Assembly (NCBI RefSeq): GCF_009914755.1
Contig: NC_060935.1
Strand: one strand, 5' to 3'
Length of the DNA: 64,000 nt
From: the human T2T-CHM13v2.0 reference genome, Homo sapiens
Shown: one piece after another, positions 40,061 through 54,491 of the stretch
How positions within the stretch are numbered: position 1 is the first letter of the stretch
Layout: each line of letters opens with the position of its first letter
Program-made: the position numbers and the translations under genes
The notes under the pieces: generated by a model
Database searches by the model: none
What the model was told of the DNA's origin: nothing
What the model saw: the letters and a program-made list of their open reading frames with translations, nothing else

Positions 40061-41241
40061 TTGAACTAGTTTACAGTCCTACCAGCAGTGTAAAAGTGTT
40101 CCTGTTTCTCCACATCCTCTCCAGCACCTGTTGTTTCCTGACTTTTTAATGATTGCCATTCCAACTGGTGTGAGATGGTATCTCATTGTGGTTTTGATTT
40201 GCATTTCTCTGATGGCCAGTGATGATGTGCATTTTTTCATGTGTTTTTTGGCTGCATAAATGTCTTCTTTTGAGAAGTGTCTGTTCATGTCCTTTGCCCA
40301 CTTTTTGATGGGGTTGTTTGTTTTTTTCTTGTAAATTTGTTTGAGTTCATTGTAGATTCTGGATATTAGCCCTTTGTCAGATGAGTAGGTTGCAAAAATT
40401 TTCTCCCATTTTGTAGGTTGCCTGTTCACTCTGATGGTAGTTTCTTTTGCTGTGCAGGAGCTCTTTAGTTTAATTAGATCCCATTTGTCAATTTTGGCTT
40501 TTGTTGCCGTGAAGAAGCTCTTTAGTTTAATTAGATCCCATTTGTCAATTTTGGCTTTTGTTGCCATTGCTTTTGGTGGTTTAGACATGAAGTCCTTGCC
40601 CATGCCTATGTCCTGAATGGTAATGCCTAGGTTTTCTTCTAGGGTTTTTATGGTTTTAGGTCTAACGTTTAAGTCTTTAGTCCATCTTGAATTGATTTTT
40701 GTATAAGATGTAAGGAAGGGATCCAGTTTCAGCTTTCTACATATGGCTAGCCAGTTTTCCCAGCACCATTTATTAAACAGGGAATCCTTTCCCCATTGCT
40801 TGTTTTTCTCAGGTTTGTCAAAGATCAGATAGTTGTAGACATGCGGCGATATTTCTGAGGGCTCTGTTCTGTTCCATTGATCTATATCTCTGTTTTGGTA
40901 CCAGTACCATGCTGCTTTGGTTACTGTAGCCTTGTAGTATAGTTTGAAGTCAGGTAGTGTGATGCCTCCAAAAACCAAACACCGCATATTCTCACTCATA
41001 GGTGGGAATTGAACAATGAGATCACATGGACACAGGAAGGGGAATATCACACTCTGGGGACTGTGGTGGGGTGGGGGGAGGGGGGAGGGATAGCATTGGG
41101 AGATATACCTAATGCTAGATGACGAGTTAGTGGGTGCAGTGCACCAGCATGGCACATGTATACATATGTAACTAACCTGCACAATGTGCACATGTGCCCT
41201 AAAACTTAAAGTATAATAAAAAAAAATAGAAAAAAAAAAAA
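40061..41241. mobile_element. 5'-inverted (twin-primed) young L1, L1PA2-like: inverted ORF2 part 40061-40969 (minus), 3'UTR and polyA 40970-41241 (plus)
   Basis: TSD aagatttgctggg at 40048-40060 and 41242-41254; ORF2 peptide [18 protein letters not shown]; 3'UTR gatgacGAGttagtgggtgcag. Confidence 0.92.
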
Positions 41242-41441
41242 AAGATTTGCTGGGGCAGGGCTGGAGAAGATGGGGTGAGTGGGTAGAAGAAAATCCAGAA
41301 TGGCACACTGTTTTTCGATACATATTCATTCAGCCAGATAAGAAGGAAACTTCTGAGACAAAGAAGCTTAAGTTCTCAGGTTCTCCTTTGAAACCAAAAT
41401 GGAACATAGCCACAGATTAATGCTAAATACCTCAAAACATG

Positions 41442-41940
41442 TAGTTGACCCTTAAGCGACAAGGGTTTGAAATTTGGGGGTCCACTTATAAGTGGATTTT
41501 TTTCAATGAAAGTTTCACCTAGCTTGCCTGCCTCTCCTGCCTCCCACTCCATTTCTTTTATTTCTGCCTCTGCCACTGCTGAGACACTGTCTTCTCTTCC
41601 TCCTCCTCTTCAGCCTACTCAATGTGAAGACAATGAAGATGAAGACCCTTATGGTGATCAACTTCTTAATGAGTAATAAATTTATTTTCTCTTCCTTACA
41701 ATTTTCTCAATTATATTTTTTCTCCAGCTTACTTTATTGTTAGGATACAGCATATAATACATATAACATACAATATATGTTAATTGACTGTTTATGGTAT
41801 CAACAGGCTTCCAGTCAATAAGAGGTCATTCGTAGTTTGGTTTTGGAAAAGTCAGAAGTTATACTTGGGTTTTCAACTATGTGGAATTGCATGAAGGTGG
41901 TTAGTGAACCTAATCCCCACCTTTTTCAATGGTACATTGA
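41442..41940 (+). mobile_element. Tigger2a/MER28 DNA transposon
   Basis: tagttgacccttaagcgacaagggtttgaa...cagcctactcaatgtgaagacaatgaagatgaagacc...tcaatggtacattga. Confidence 0.8.
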
Positions 41941-44900
41941 CTTTCAAGGGTACATTGACTTTATCAATAAGGGAATGACTTTCTCAGCAATCAAAGTTCA
42001 TCAGTGTAACTCACCATTCCAGTATGTTTTCCAAGTCCTGCAAAGAAAAACACAAGTACTTAATCATGAGAATTCTGTCCTACTTTCCCTAGTATTCTTT
42101 GTTGTTTTTCTGGGTTAACAAGGTAGGTTTATTGATACACCTCTAAGGCACCATCCAAGGCTGTGTTAATAACAGAACCTCAGCTGAACCATGGTGGTCT
42201 TCCTCAGTGGGCATTAGGAATGAAGGAGCTGAGAATAAGACTGTGGAGTGATGTACACAGCTATCTAGTTCTCAGTGTCACTCATCTCCCAGGCTTAATC
42301 CCAAGAAGTGAGGACGTACTAGGGAACTTAAATTGAGTTTTATTAACAAAGCTAATATTCTCCTGGCCTAGCATTTAGTTGATTTTGGATAACATTTCTT
42401 TGTGGCTAGTACTTCTGATTATACTGAAGAGGATTTTGTCCTACGTGATCTACCAAAATGGCAAAAATCTCCCAAAGATTACCAGAATATGCAAAAATAA
42501 GTCACTGGACAAACGCAATGACAGAGTCAAGGAGCATGTGTCACTTTCTAAGAGTAGTTACATTTGCAGGTAGCATATGAATGTCCTGGCAGCATTGCCC
42601 AACAAAGTCTTCCTGACTCTGGATGATGGACCCTCCCTCCTCATCTGGAGCAGCTTCACATCCGGCATGTGGCGCATCTCCCACAGCTCTCTGTACATGC
42701 CTTTCGTCTTTTTTATATGTTGGGTTATTCTTACTTCACCGTCTTGGAGTTGTCGAACAATCTCTTCTGCTTCTCTGTCCATTGTCTCCAGATGGCGTTG
42801 CTCCTCCTCCAGGAGAAATTGGCGCAACTTCTGATATTGTTATCTGATCATCCCTTTCCTGAGGGCCACATAGTCCTGCAGAGATACTCAGTTAAAAGAA
42901 TTGCATCTCCTCACTCTCAACAAAACACTTAACACTTCAACTGTTATTCTCCTAGGATATGCAAGCAGTAAACTCCTAAGCTCTGTGTCTCATACTTGAA
43001 AAGGTTCTTGAAGATTTGCTAGTCTCCTCTACCCATCCTTTCTTCATGTTCCTCCTAGTCTCCCTTCCTGTATAAATCAGTACCTCAAAAGGACTCAAGA
43101 TCCCTGCCTGTGATGCTTCTACAGGATTCTTACTTCATTAATTATTGTCTTTTTTTACCTGGTTCTTCTTAATTTTCTCTTGTTCCTTTGCCTGATCCTT
43201 CTAAACATTTTTAAATATTTCAGTATACGCTCTACCACTGAGTTTTTAAAGAAATTACTTCAGGTTTTGTTTTCCCCACTAATTTCTCTATTTCTCTCCT
43301 CACCTTCACAGCAAAACTTTAAACTACTTGATGTGAATACAACGCTTTAAACAGTTCAATGCTATCCCATTCTCAGTGCCTTGGAAGTTTTATCTAAACC
43401 CTCAAGGTTACATCAGGAATAACTATCATGCCCTGTTTATTTCATATACATGTACATACTAGTATTTTTTGCACCAGCTCCTGTTGGCCTGTATAATGAT
43501 AATTGCTGATATATCATTTGAAACCACTGTTTTGTTTTTTTCTGGGAAGAGGACACTACTATTTTTTAACTGGTAAGCAGAATTCAGCTAAGAAGTCTAA
43601 GTTAGCATTGTGCCAATCTACTTTAAAAATATAAAACCTTTTTATCCCTACCGTTAATGAATGGATTTTGCTAATTTCCTGATTTAGATTGTTTTGCATT
43701 TCTTGAGTGCTCCTCCATAAATGATCCATTTTCTTCAGAAGTTTCTCCTGCAAAATAGACATGACCTTTAGTAGCAGATACGACGTTACTGGATATGTTA
43801 TTCCCTTTTTATGAGAAAAGCCTGTTGTTGAGAGAATGGTAAATTTGAGTCCCCCTGAAGTGGTCAGAGTTTTTACAAGTTAACCTAATTTGATTTTAAT
43901 ATTTGGAATATAAGAGGTAACAGAAACATATAATAGAGAGTTTGAGGAGACCCAACAGCTAATCAATTTTTTAAGAAATTGGATTTCATATATCCTGGCT
44001 CTGGGGAAGTCAAGCTTGCAGCAAAAACAAACCGTGTTCCTAGGACACATTTATATCTAGAGATTTATATTGAAAATTCAGAACCTCACCATCTCCATTC
44101 TCTCCACCTTTATTATCATAAGCTCTCATTTTCTCTCTCATTTAGGATCATGTGGATTCCCGGTTGCATTGGAGGTGTCACTTACCCTGCACTCCTCAGC
44201 AGCCCATCCTATTGGGCTGTGGCCATAAGCCTCATGCTCTTGTGACTCAGAGCAGGGCCCACAGAGGAGTCTCTCCTCTGCCTCACAGAAGAGCCCCTTT
44301 TCCTCTTCATGTAGCACACAGATCTGCTTCTCTGAGCTGTTGATGTTGTGAGGTCTGCGCTGCCTTGCAAGAGAAGCCAACTTCTTGAGAACAATATTGG
44401 TGTTGAAGTCAGTCTTCTGGGGGATTTTCCCACACACAGGACAGCCCTTTGGAGCTTGGCCTTCCTCCCAGCGTAGACAAAGGCAGGGCCTGCAAAAGCT
44501 ATGCCCACAGTCAATGGTGACTGTGTCCGTTAAGTAGTTCCTGCAGATAAAGCAACAGAGCTCCCTCTGGAAGGTTTGCAGTGTGTCTGAATCCATGTTT
44601 CTGGAAATTTAAAACAGAAAAATTTAAGTGAGAAAATTATTTTTTGACCACATGGAGGGGGAAGGGCCTGTAGCTAGTTCTTCTTGTCTGCTTCAGCTCT
44701 GTTCAATCTACCCGTTAACTTAAGCCCAGTACAGACCTAGATGTGGTAAATACAGGCAAGCTAGGTTTATACTATAACACAAGTGGAAAAATGAGACAAG
44801 CATCATTTTAGTTTAAAACAAACAATGTTCTCAATTATAAGTTATTTGGGCAAGCTTAATATTGGGGTAGAGGGGAACAATTAGGATAACTTCACAGTTA

Positions 44901-45599
44901 CTTCTATTAGCTGATTGTTCCAGAAACCCATATAAACCCATCTCTCTCTCTCTCTCTTTCTTTTCCTCCATGACCCCTTGAGTGGAACTTATACAGGGAT
45001 ACTTAGTCTCACTCTCTGGCACCCAAGTAGCAGATGTACTTTTCTAAAGACAATTAAAATTTGGTTAAGTTTAATCTAAGTGTCTTTAGTTTAATCATTG
45101 TGGGCTTCAACACTCAACTCCTGTAACTATAAACAGCTGAACTTATGCTTCTAATTTTAATCCCAAAATTCAACCTTTACATAAATACAACGAAAAATTG
45201 TTATTTCTTATTCAAGACAATGTTTTTGCTCAGAATGAGTTCAGACCATCAGAGTATCTTCATATTTTGAAATGGTGACTACGCAAGCTATGAAAGTACT
45301 CAGCAACAATTAATCAATTTTTACTTAAACCAAAAAAGAAAGTAAACACTCGAATTTTTTCTTTAAAGAATCCAGAGATGTAGTTAATGGAAGCATGACC
45401 ACCAATTTATCTTTATTCCCTGTGTTTCTCCACAGTGATCAAAGTCCCTACTTCCTGGGAGTCTTTACCAGTTGATGGGATCTATTTGAACACTTTTCAA
45501 ATCCAGTCTGCTCACTGAAGATTTGAAAAGGACTACAAACATAACCTTTACAACAAGGGTTTTCCAATTAATCCTACACATTTAACACTTACACTGATG

Positions 45600-46230
45600 A
45601 CATGTAGTATACTACAAAGCTACAGTAAGCAAAGCAGCATGGTACTGGTGTCAAAATAGACAAGTAAACCAGCGGAACAGATCAGAGAACCCAGAAACTG
45701 TTACACCTCTCTACAGCCAACTGAATTTTGACAAAGGTAGCAACAGTATTTACCAGGGAAAGGACAGTCTTTTCAATCAACACTGCTGGCAAAACGGGAT
45801 ATTTACATGCAGGGAATAAAATTATACCCTCACCTCTCATCCTATGCCAAAATCAACTCAAAATAGATTGAAAACTTTAATGTAAAACCTGAAAGAACAA
45901 ATCTACTGGAAGAAAACATAGGAGAAATGCTCCAGAACATTAATCAGAGAAAAAATTGTATGAATAAAATCACAAAAGCCTAGTCCACAAAACCAAAAAT
46001 CAACAACTGGAATTATATTAAACTGCAAAGCTTCTGCACAGCAAAGGAAACAATCAATGGAGTGAAAAGACAACTGACAGAATGAGAAAAAATATTTACC
46101 AACTATTCACTGGACAGGAGATTGATACCCTGACTATACAAGGAAATCAAATAACTCAATAACAAATTAAAAAGAAAAAAAACCCCAAACAACCCAATTA
46201 AAAAATGGGCAAATGATCTGAACAGACAAT
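45600..46230 (+). mobile_element. Old L1M ORF2 fragment
   Basis: tactacaaagctacagtaagcaaagcagcatggtactgg...aaagcttctgcacagcaaaggaaacaatcaa...tgatctgaacagaca. Confidence 0.85.
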
Positions 46231-46405
46231 TAACATATGCCAATTTACAAAATAAAATTGAAGTGGAAAAAGACTATTCCGTATATGTAACATATTGAAA
46301 ATTGTAAGCTCTTTTTGGATTCCATAATTACACAAATAAGGTGGAAATATAGCTGCTAAGACATAACATGCCAAATAATGCATAAGGTAATATAATACAA
46401 AATGG

Positions 46406-46710
46406 GGGCTAGGCATAGCCTAGCCTCTAGGCTCTAATCCTGGCATTGAGGAGGCCAAGGTATGAGGATGGATTCAGGTCAGCAGTTCTAGACCAGCCTG
46501 CGCATCTTATTGACATCTTATCTCTACTAAAAATTCTTTTAAAAATAATGCTGGCGTGACGGCACATGCTTGTAGTCTCAGCTACTCAGGAGACTGTGGC
46601 GGCAGGATTGCTTGAGCCCAGGAGGTCCAAGGTGCAGTGAGCCATGATAGTGCCATTTCAGTCCAGCCTAGGTGACAGAGTGAGACCCTATCACACACAA
46701 AAAAAAAAAC
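46406..46710 (+). mobile_element. AluJ; homolog at 63218-63515
   Basis: Diverged dimeric Alu in a duplicated block. Confidence 0.8.
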
Positions 46711-47419
46711 CCAGTCAAATAACTTGATATAACACAAACCAGTATATTATAAATGCTCTAATTACAGATATTTTAAATAATGATGTTACTTCAAATAACT
46801 GGGTAAGCTACTTGTTTGCTTAGACAAGATGTAAATGTCCTGGCCGGTGAGTTTAAAGTATTTTTATCAGAAAAATTAAGCATGAAGGGCTTCACTACAA
46901 ATGTCATACACACCAGAATCTGCGATGTATTGTCTCAAGTCTAGAAGATTCGTGGATATCCAGGTCAGCAGCAACACTGAGCTCACCAAAGCCCAGCCTC
47001 CACGAATTCAGTCTGACTTCTCTGGAGAAGTCTTCCCTGGACAACTCTGCTTTTTAAGTGATTAGACTCACCTAAGAACACTCTCACTTCCTGGGATTGG
47101 CTACTGTCTGGAGAAAGAAGTGGAAATGGAAGATTAGGTTACACAGAAGGGTGTAACATTGGGGAAGGGTGTAACATGGGGTGATCAGATTTATAAAGTA
47201 CAGACAATCATGCCTAGGGGATTATAGCCCAACAGAAGGTAGAGGATTTTGGAGTGAGATGCAAGAATCTTAACCTGACATAGGTTGTTCACAGACATTA
47301 CAACTGAAACAATTATTTCATTAAGTAATGTTTTGTTTCACAAACAATGCCCTCACAATTAAAAACAATTGCTTTATTATTTTAAACTGAAATGTATCAT
47401 CTATATTTCCATTAAAGAT

Positions 47420-47900
47420 TTTTTATTTATTCTTCAACAAGCATATACTAATGACAATAAACTAGGTATTAGAAATAAATTATATTAAACCATAATAGAC
47501 AATTTCAGTCCTGCTAGAACATCCAGACTAGTGAATGAGATGTATCATAATTAAAGAATCACACAAGTAAATATACAATTAGAACTATAAGCTCAATAAA
47601 TGAGCAGTACATGTTTTCAGGGTCGGTAGTAGGAGGGAGGTGCTGAATGCCAGCTTATGCCAGGCTTTTATGAAGATATGAAAGCATTGAGATTTGAGGA
47701 ATAGGAATACATTAACTTGGCAAAGAGAGATAGAGAGAAACTTTCTTTGCAGTGACAGCAGCAGACGCAAAAGCTTCCTGGATGGAGGAAGCCTGGTACA
47801 GTTGAGCTCCAGGCCACCGGAGCTAGAGTGACAAGAATGAGAGTGGTCTGATGGGAGATGAGGCTGCAGAGGCAGGTACGGGCATCAGAACATGGAAAAG
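47420..47900 (-). mobile_element. L2-like fragment
   Basis: ttattcttcaacaagcatatact...aggcttttatgaagat...tgagatttgagga...gagatgaggctgcagag resembles an antisense L2 3' region. Confidence 0.45.
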
Positions 47901-48543
47901 ATGAGTTTGCTATCTAGAAATATCCAAAACCTGAAATTCTTCTGGCCCTAACATTGTGAATAACAAACAGTCAACTTGTATTACATGGTTTTATAATGGA
48001 TTTATTTGAAAATGTGACTGAAATCTGTGGATGAAATTTTACAAACATCAGTTTAAGCCAAATAGTATTATTTTGTATAGCAGAAGGGGATACACTGGGT
48101 TTATTTCTCCACAGCATCCAAGTAGAATGTGACAGGGGTAAGGAGGAAAGATTTCTGTATGTAGTACTCATGATCCTTTGGGCTTAGGGGAGGTAAAAAC
48201 ACAAGATATGCTAACCTTACATTCTGCTCTGTTCCTTGGAAATTTTATAAACAACACTTACTGTTGTTTATAAACAAGAATGGATTCCAGTGAAGGGAAA
48301 TGGCTAAGTCCATGAGCACCATTAGAACTGGCAGGGTTCAGGAAAGAATGTGAAAACTCTACTCCACAGTACTCGTTTTTCTATACTGTGCTAGGAAAGA
48401 TGAATGGAAAACAAATTTGGCAATGTAATGTCTGCGAACAGGATACACAGCCAGATATGGGAAGAATAAAATATAAGAATCTTGTGTCTACTGAATCTAG
48501 AGAAGAAAATGTTCTGTTAACTCTTTGCTATGAAAATGCTTCG

Positions 48544-48850
48544 AGGCTGGGAACCGTGGCTCACGCCTGTAATCCCAGTGCCTTGGAAGGTCGAAGCAGG
48601 AGGATTGAGTCCAGGAGTTTGAGACCAGCCAGAACAGCATAAGAAGACCATATCTCCACAAACAATTTAAAAACTAACCTGAAGTGCAGGTGTCTGCCTG
48701 TAGTCAGAGCTACTCAGGAGGCCGAGGTTGAGGATCACTTGAGCCTAGGAGGTTGAAGCTGCAGTAGCTATGATCCAGCAACTGCTCTATAGTCTGGATG
48801 ACAGAGTGAGACCCTGTCTCTAAGAAAAGAAAAAAGAATAGAAAAGGAAA
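48544..48850 (+). mobile_element. AluJ
   Basis: ggctgggaaccgtggctcacgcctgtaatccc...gagaccctgtctct plus tail. Confidence 0.85.
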
Positions 48851-49183
48851 AACATGATTGAAATCTAAAACCTAGAGTGCTGTTTGTAATTGTTGCCTCC
48901 ATTATTTTCTCAAGGAAGGAAACCTATTTGATTCTGATTTTTACAGCCTAATGATAATGTAGCTATATTCAAGAACTCAATGTTTCATTCATCAGAGGAA
49001 GAAACTTCAGAATGTAGGCTGAACCTCACCTGAACACACAAGCACAGAAGGAATCATATGTGTTTCTGTGGCTCTAAGTGAGAAAATACATTGAGAGATT
49101 TGAGGATTTATGGAGTTGACGACATGTAATTGATCCCTGAATCCATCCCATACAGGAAACAGGACCATAAAAAGATTGCTTAC

Positions 49184-49528
<345 letters not shown>

Positions 49529-50921
49529 CTACACATATTGCATGTTTTCTGTGGAGATTAGGAACAATGTGTGCATGGAGACAGCACAGTAACTGGTACA
49601 TCATAGCCCATGTATCACATTGTCCCCTTCCTTTTTCTAACATATTTCTCTCCACTCAAATAGATAAGAGGTTTCAAGAGAAAATGACTGGGGTTTGTAG
49701 AAAAATAGACAATAAACGGGTAAAACAATTGAGAAGAAATGCAAAAAAAAAAAAAGCGTTAAAGAAAAGATAGCCCTGGACATTCAGGATCCAGAAAGCA
49801 AAATATAAATTTGTGGAAAATTAATAAATTTTGTTAGCATGGGAAAAAATATGCAGAATTCTCTCCATGTGCGCAAATAAAACAAACAAAATGTCAAAGT
49901 AGTTATAATACCTAGGTTTTAAATGGTATTTATCATAGAATGGCATTTTTATAAAAATTTAAAAATTTCCAGAATTAAATAAAGTCAGATTTCTACATAT
50001 GTTAAGGAACGAGAAATAGATCACCAACTTTCATACAAAGATTTTCCAATGAGTTTTAGAACCCAGATGAACAAAAGAGTCTATTACCAGATTCTCAAAA
50101 ATAGATGTGTAATTCAACAGAAAACTTTGTGGTAGAGGTAGGTTTCAGATGCTAGAATGGAAACAGTCTCATGTACAAAAAAGTATCTTTTTTATTAAAA
50201 GGAGAAGCACTGGGAAATAAGGAAATATTCCAAATTGGCTGGAGTGTCCTTTATCCACATCACGGATTGTTCTTGCCTATACCCACCTCTACTCTCTCTT
50301 CTGGATTGGGTAGGACTTTTGGAACCTACAAAATGCCAACTCTAAAGAGAATTACTTTCTTATATTTGTTTCATGGTCTGAGACTCAAGTAGGAAAATAG
50401 GTTGTTTCCTTGATAATGCCACAGTAGACAGAGGTAGGTCTGTAATTGAAAGCTCCTAATTTCCAGTGCTCTAGGCTTCAACTGCCTAAAGCTGAGTGTT
50501 TGAATAAGTGAATGATGTGGTGCAAAAAGTGGTTGAAATAAAATCAGAAGCTACCTACCTTCCTTTCTCTCCTTGCCTTAATTCCTTCCTGATACACAGC
50601 ATCATCAGACCTTGTAATGGAGTACCAGGGCCCCGCCACGGAGCTCCAGAATTTAAGCAGAGAATGTCCACAGGATCAAGTCCATGACCCAGGGTTTCAC
50701 AAGTTTCCCACTCTGGAGTCCAGGACTGAGCCAAGAGGGCCCCCACACACAACCAGCACAGATCTTACTTCTGTGTGGACACTTTGGTTAATTACTTAGA
50801 TTTATTGAGGTACAGAATGTGCATACAGGGTGGTCAGTCAGTTGGTGGTCTTGGATAGTAAACTGACAATAGAACAAGAAAATCTATTGTTCAATTCCTT
50901 CTATTTAATTAAATATAAACT

Positions 50922-51400
50922 CTGGATGATTTTATGATGTGTCAACTTGAGTACATGTATGTACAAAGAGGGAAATGAGGGCAGTAGCCATTTTGTGGCA
51001 TAGACATACCTTATTATTCTTCAATGAAACACTTACTTAGGACCTGCTGGAAAGGCATTTTGCAGATGCGAGCAAAGGTCCTAATCCTGTAACTAGGAAG
51101 TGTACCCAAGTAAGCCTGACTTCATCAGTGAAAGTCCTTTAAAGAAACACATAGGCATTCCTTGAACAACATTTTAAATGGCAAATGGGACTCTAATCTT
51201 CCAGTTGCCCCCTATTGACTTTAAACCAAAGCTTTGATTCATGACCACTGGGATCCAGCCAGCGGGGGATTTCTTTTCCTGGTGGACTGTACCCAGGATC
51301 TCACATTTGCTTAAGCAGCCCCCACAATTGGGTAAGTCAAGTCTTTGCACTTAATTCATATGTGAATCTCCCTAACTATACATATATCTTATGGGTTCTG
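50922..51400 (+). mobile_element. Diverged MLT2-family LTR with a strong splice donor (G|GTAAGT, 51331/51332)
   Basis: MLT2-like start (ttttatgatgtgtcaacttgagta) and 3' motif (gcagcccccacaattgggtaagtcaa). Confidence 0.55.
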
Positions 51401-51931
51401 CTTTTGTCTTTGAACCTGGACAGACCTGGGTCTGATAGATTTGTCTTCACTGTTTTGACAGTCTTGACCATAAGTCTTCTGGACCATTGGCAAAGAATTC
51501 CTCTATCAGAAGATATTTGAGTAGTCCCTTCTGAAATCTCTTTTTTAAAAAAAATAATTTTCATATAACAACAAAAAGACTTGGTATAGAAAGAAAAATA
51601 TAGTCCATCTCTATCATTTGGATTCTGTATTTGTGAATTTGCCTATATGCTAAAAGTTATGTGTAATCCCCAAAATAATTCCCGTGGTGCACTCCTAGTC
51701 ATTGTAGGACATCATGCACTATATGGAGAAAAACGTTAAAATAATAACTCATCTTTCACCCATGAGACTGGTGAAGTTTTGTAAATTCAATGAGAGACCC
51801 CAGGTTAGTGGGTTTATTTGGTTAATCAGTGATTTCTCTTAGAGTGGTAGAAAACAGAAAACAAAAAGGAAAGTTTTATCTTCCATTGGACTTCTCTGGA
51901 AATATCCTATAAATGTACTAAAGCAGCATTT

Positions 51932-52210
51932 AAGCTGGATGAGGTGGTTTATACCTGTACTCTTAGCACTTTGGAAGGCCGAGACCAGAGGACCACTTGA
52001 AGCCAGGAGCTGGAGAACAGCATGGGCTACAGAGTCATACACTGACGTTACCAAAAATTTCAACAAAAAAAATTAGCCAGGTGATATAGTGTGAGCCTAA
52101 AGTCTTAGCTACTTGGAAGGCTGAAGCAGGAGGATTACTTGGAATTCAAGGCTGCAGGGAGCTATGATTATGCTACTGCACTCCAGAAGGAGACCCTTTC
52201 TCTAGAATAA
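51932..52210 (+). mobile_element. AluJ upstream of the TRIM49C promoter
   Basis: Diverged Alu; homolog of 22965-23235. Confidence 0.8.
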
Positions 52211-52325
52211 ATAAATGTGCACTTAGAGGAATGCCTGTATCATGGAAGAAACTCAATAAACAGTATAAAATGCATCTTAGTTAATTTCTAGCCTATGTAT
52301 GCTCTGACAGGATTTATGTTACATG

Positions 52326-52520
52326 TGATTCATTCAGGCACTGGTGTTCAGAATGAAAGTGTGATGATAATTTAATCAGAGCTGCAAAGGTGTGTTCTAA
52401 ATACTGCATAAACCTAATCATCTTTGTCTCCACCTTTCTGAATGCTCTAAATACCCATAAAGAGGTGGGTGTGGTCTTCACAGGTTCTTATAAAAGGACA
52501 CGGAAGAGACAAGCTCAGTT
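52326..52520 (+). promoter_or_regulatory. TRIM49C proximal promoter: DUX4-type motifs, CACCC/KLF box, TATA, Inr
   Basis: TAATTTAATCA 52368-52378; AAACCTAATCA 52410-52420; GGGTGTGG 52467-52474; TATAAAAG 52489-52496; TCAGTT 52515-52520. Confidence 0.7.
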
Positions 52521-52669
52521 TTCTCTGAAGGAGAAGGACTGCACTTAGAACTGCATTTTGGCGACCTCTGAAATTCAGTACTGCAGTGAATGAGCTTCTG
52601 ACCTTGAGGTGAACTTAACAAAATTATTTTTGGAAAAATCGTTGTGGGAACCATTAAAAGAACTCCAGG
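52517..52669 (+). other. TRIM49C: Non-coding 5' exon of TRIM49C (start approximate)
   Basis: Ends in ccagg|GTGAGT; homologous exons with the same donor precede TRIM53 (22488) and TRIM51-like (11748). Confidence 0.7.
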
Positions 52670-53407
52670 GTGAGTGAAACATATTGATAAAATTATATCA
52701 TCTTTCCTTTACACAATAATAAATTAGAGTGTTAAAAATATCTCATTATCTTAAATCTACACAATGATACCATTTGTAACTCATGTTCTTACTATAGATT
52801 TTATGAATTATAAGGATACTAATTGTTGTTATTTTGTGCTTTCTATGATTGTTTAATATAGTTCTGAAAAACTTAAAATATCTAGTGTTTGCTGCAACAG
52901 ATATGTATTCATAATGAATATATGGAGTTGATACATATATGTACACATAGGTGTGTGTGTATATGTATGTAATGAGTGTATTAATATTGTCAAATTGAAT
53001 TGAGAAGACATTAATGAATGATGAAGTTATTTGCTTTCATAACATTCAGGTTTTAGACATGACTTTAAATTAGTAAGGTAATGATGAGCGATGCAAAATA
53101 GTGAAACTAAAACAATGAGAAAGCTCCCCAAAATATCCTACTTTAGAAATCAAAACACAATTTTTCGAACAAGTAAATTTATAAGACCTAATTTGGTATG
53201 TGATTGTGATTGTCATCTCACTTGAGTCTCAATCTTATTAAACTGTGAAAAATTTCTTAAAATGTCTTAGATGAGTTCTGGAAAATATTTGCAATTCTAA
53301 GATTTTTCACTGCTTTCACTTAAATTCAGAAGTGATATAAAACTAGCAGCTTTATGCTGCTTTATGCTAAAGGATTTAAAATTGCCAAAACAAAGATTAT
53401 AGTTTTT

Positions 53408-54491
<1,084 letters not shown>

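Noticed and set aside
40079-41329. 416-aa ORF, the longest in the window
   Set aside because: Chimera of antisense L1 3'UTR read in frame into an ORF2 fragment across the inversion junction; no promoter or splice evidence.
50617-50799. 60-aa ORF in a GC-elevated patch upstream of TRIM49C
   Set aside because: Short, with no recognisable homology or exon boundaries.
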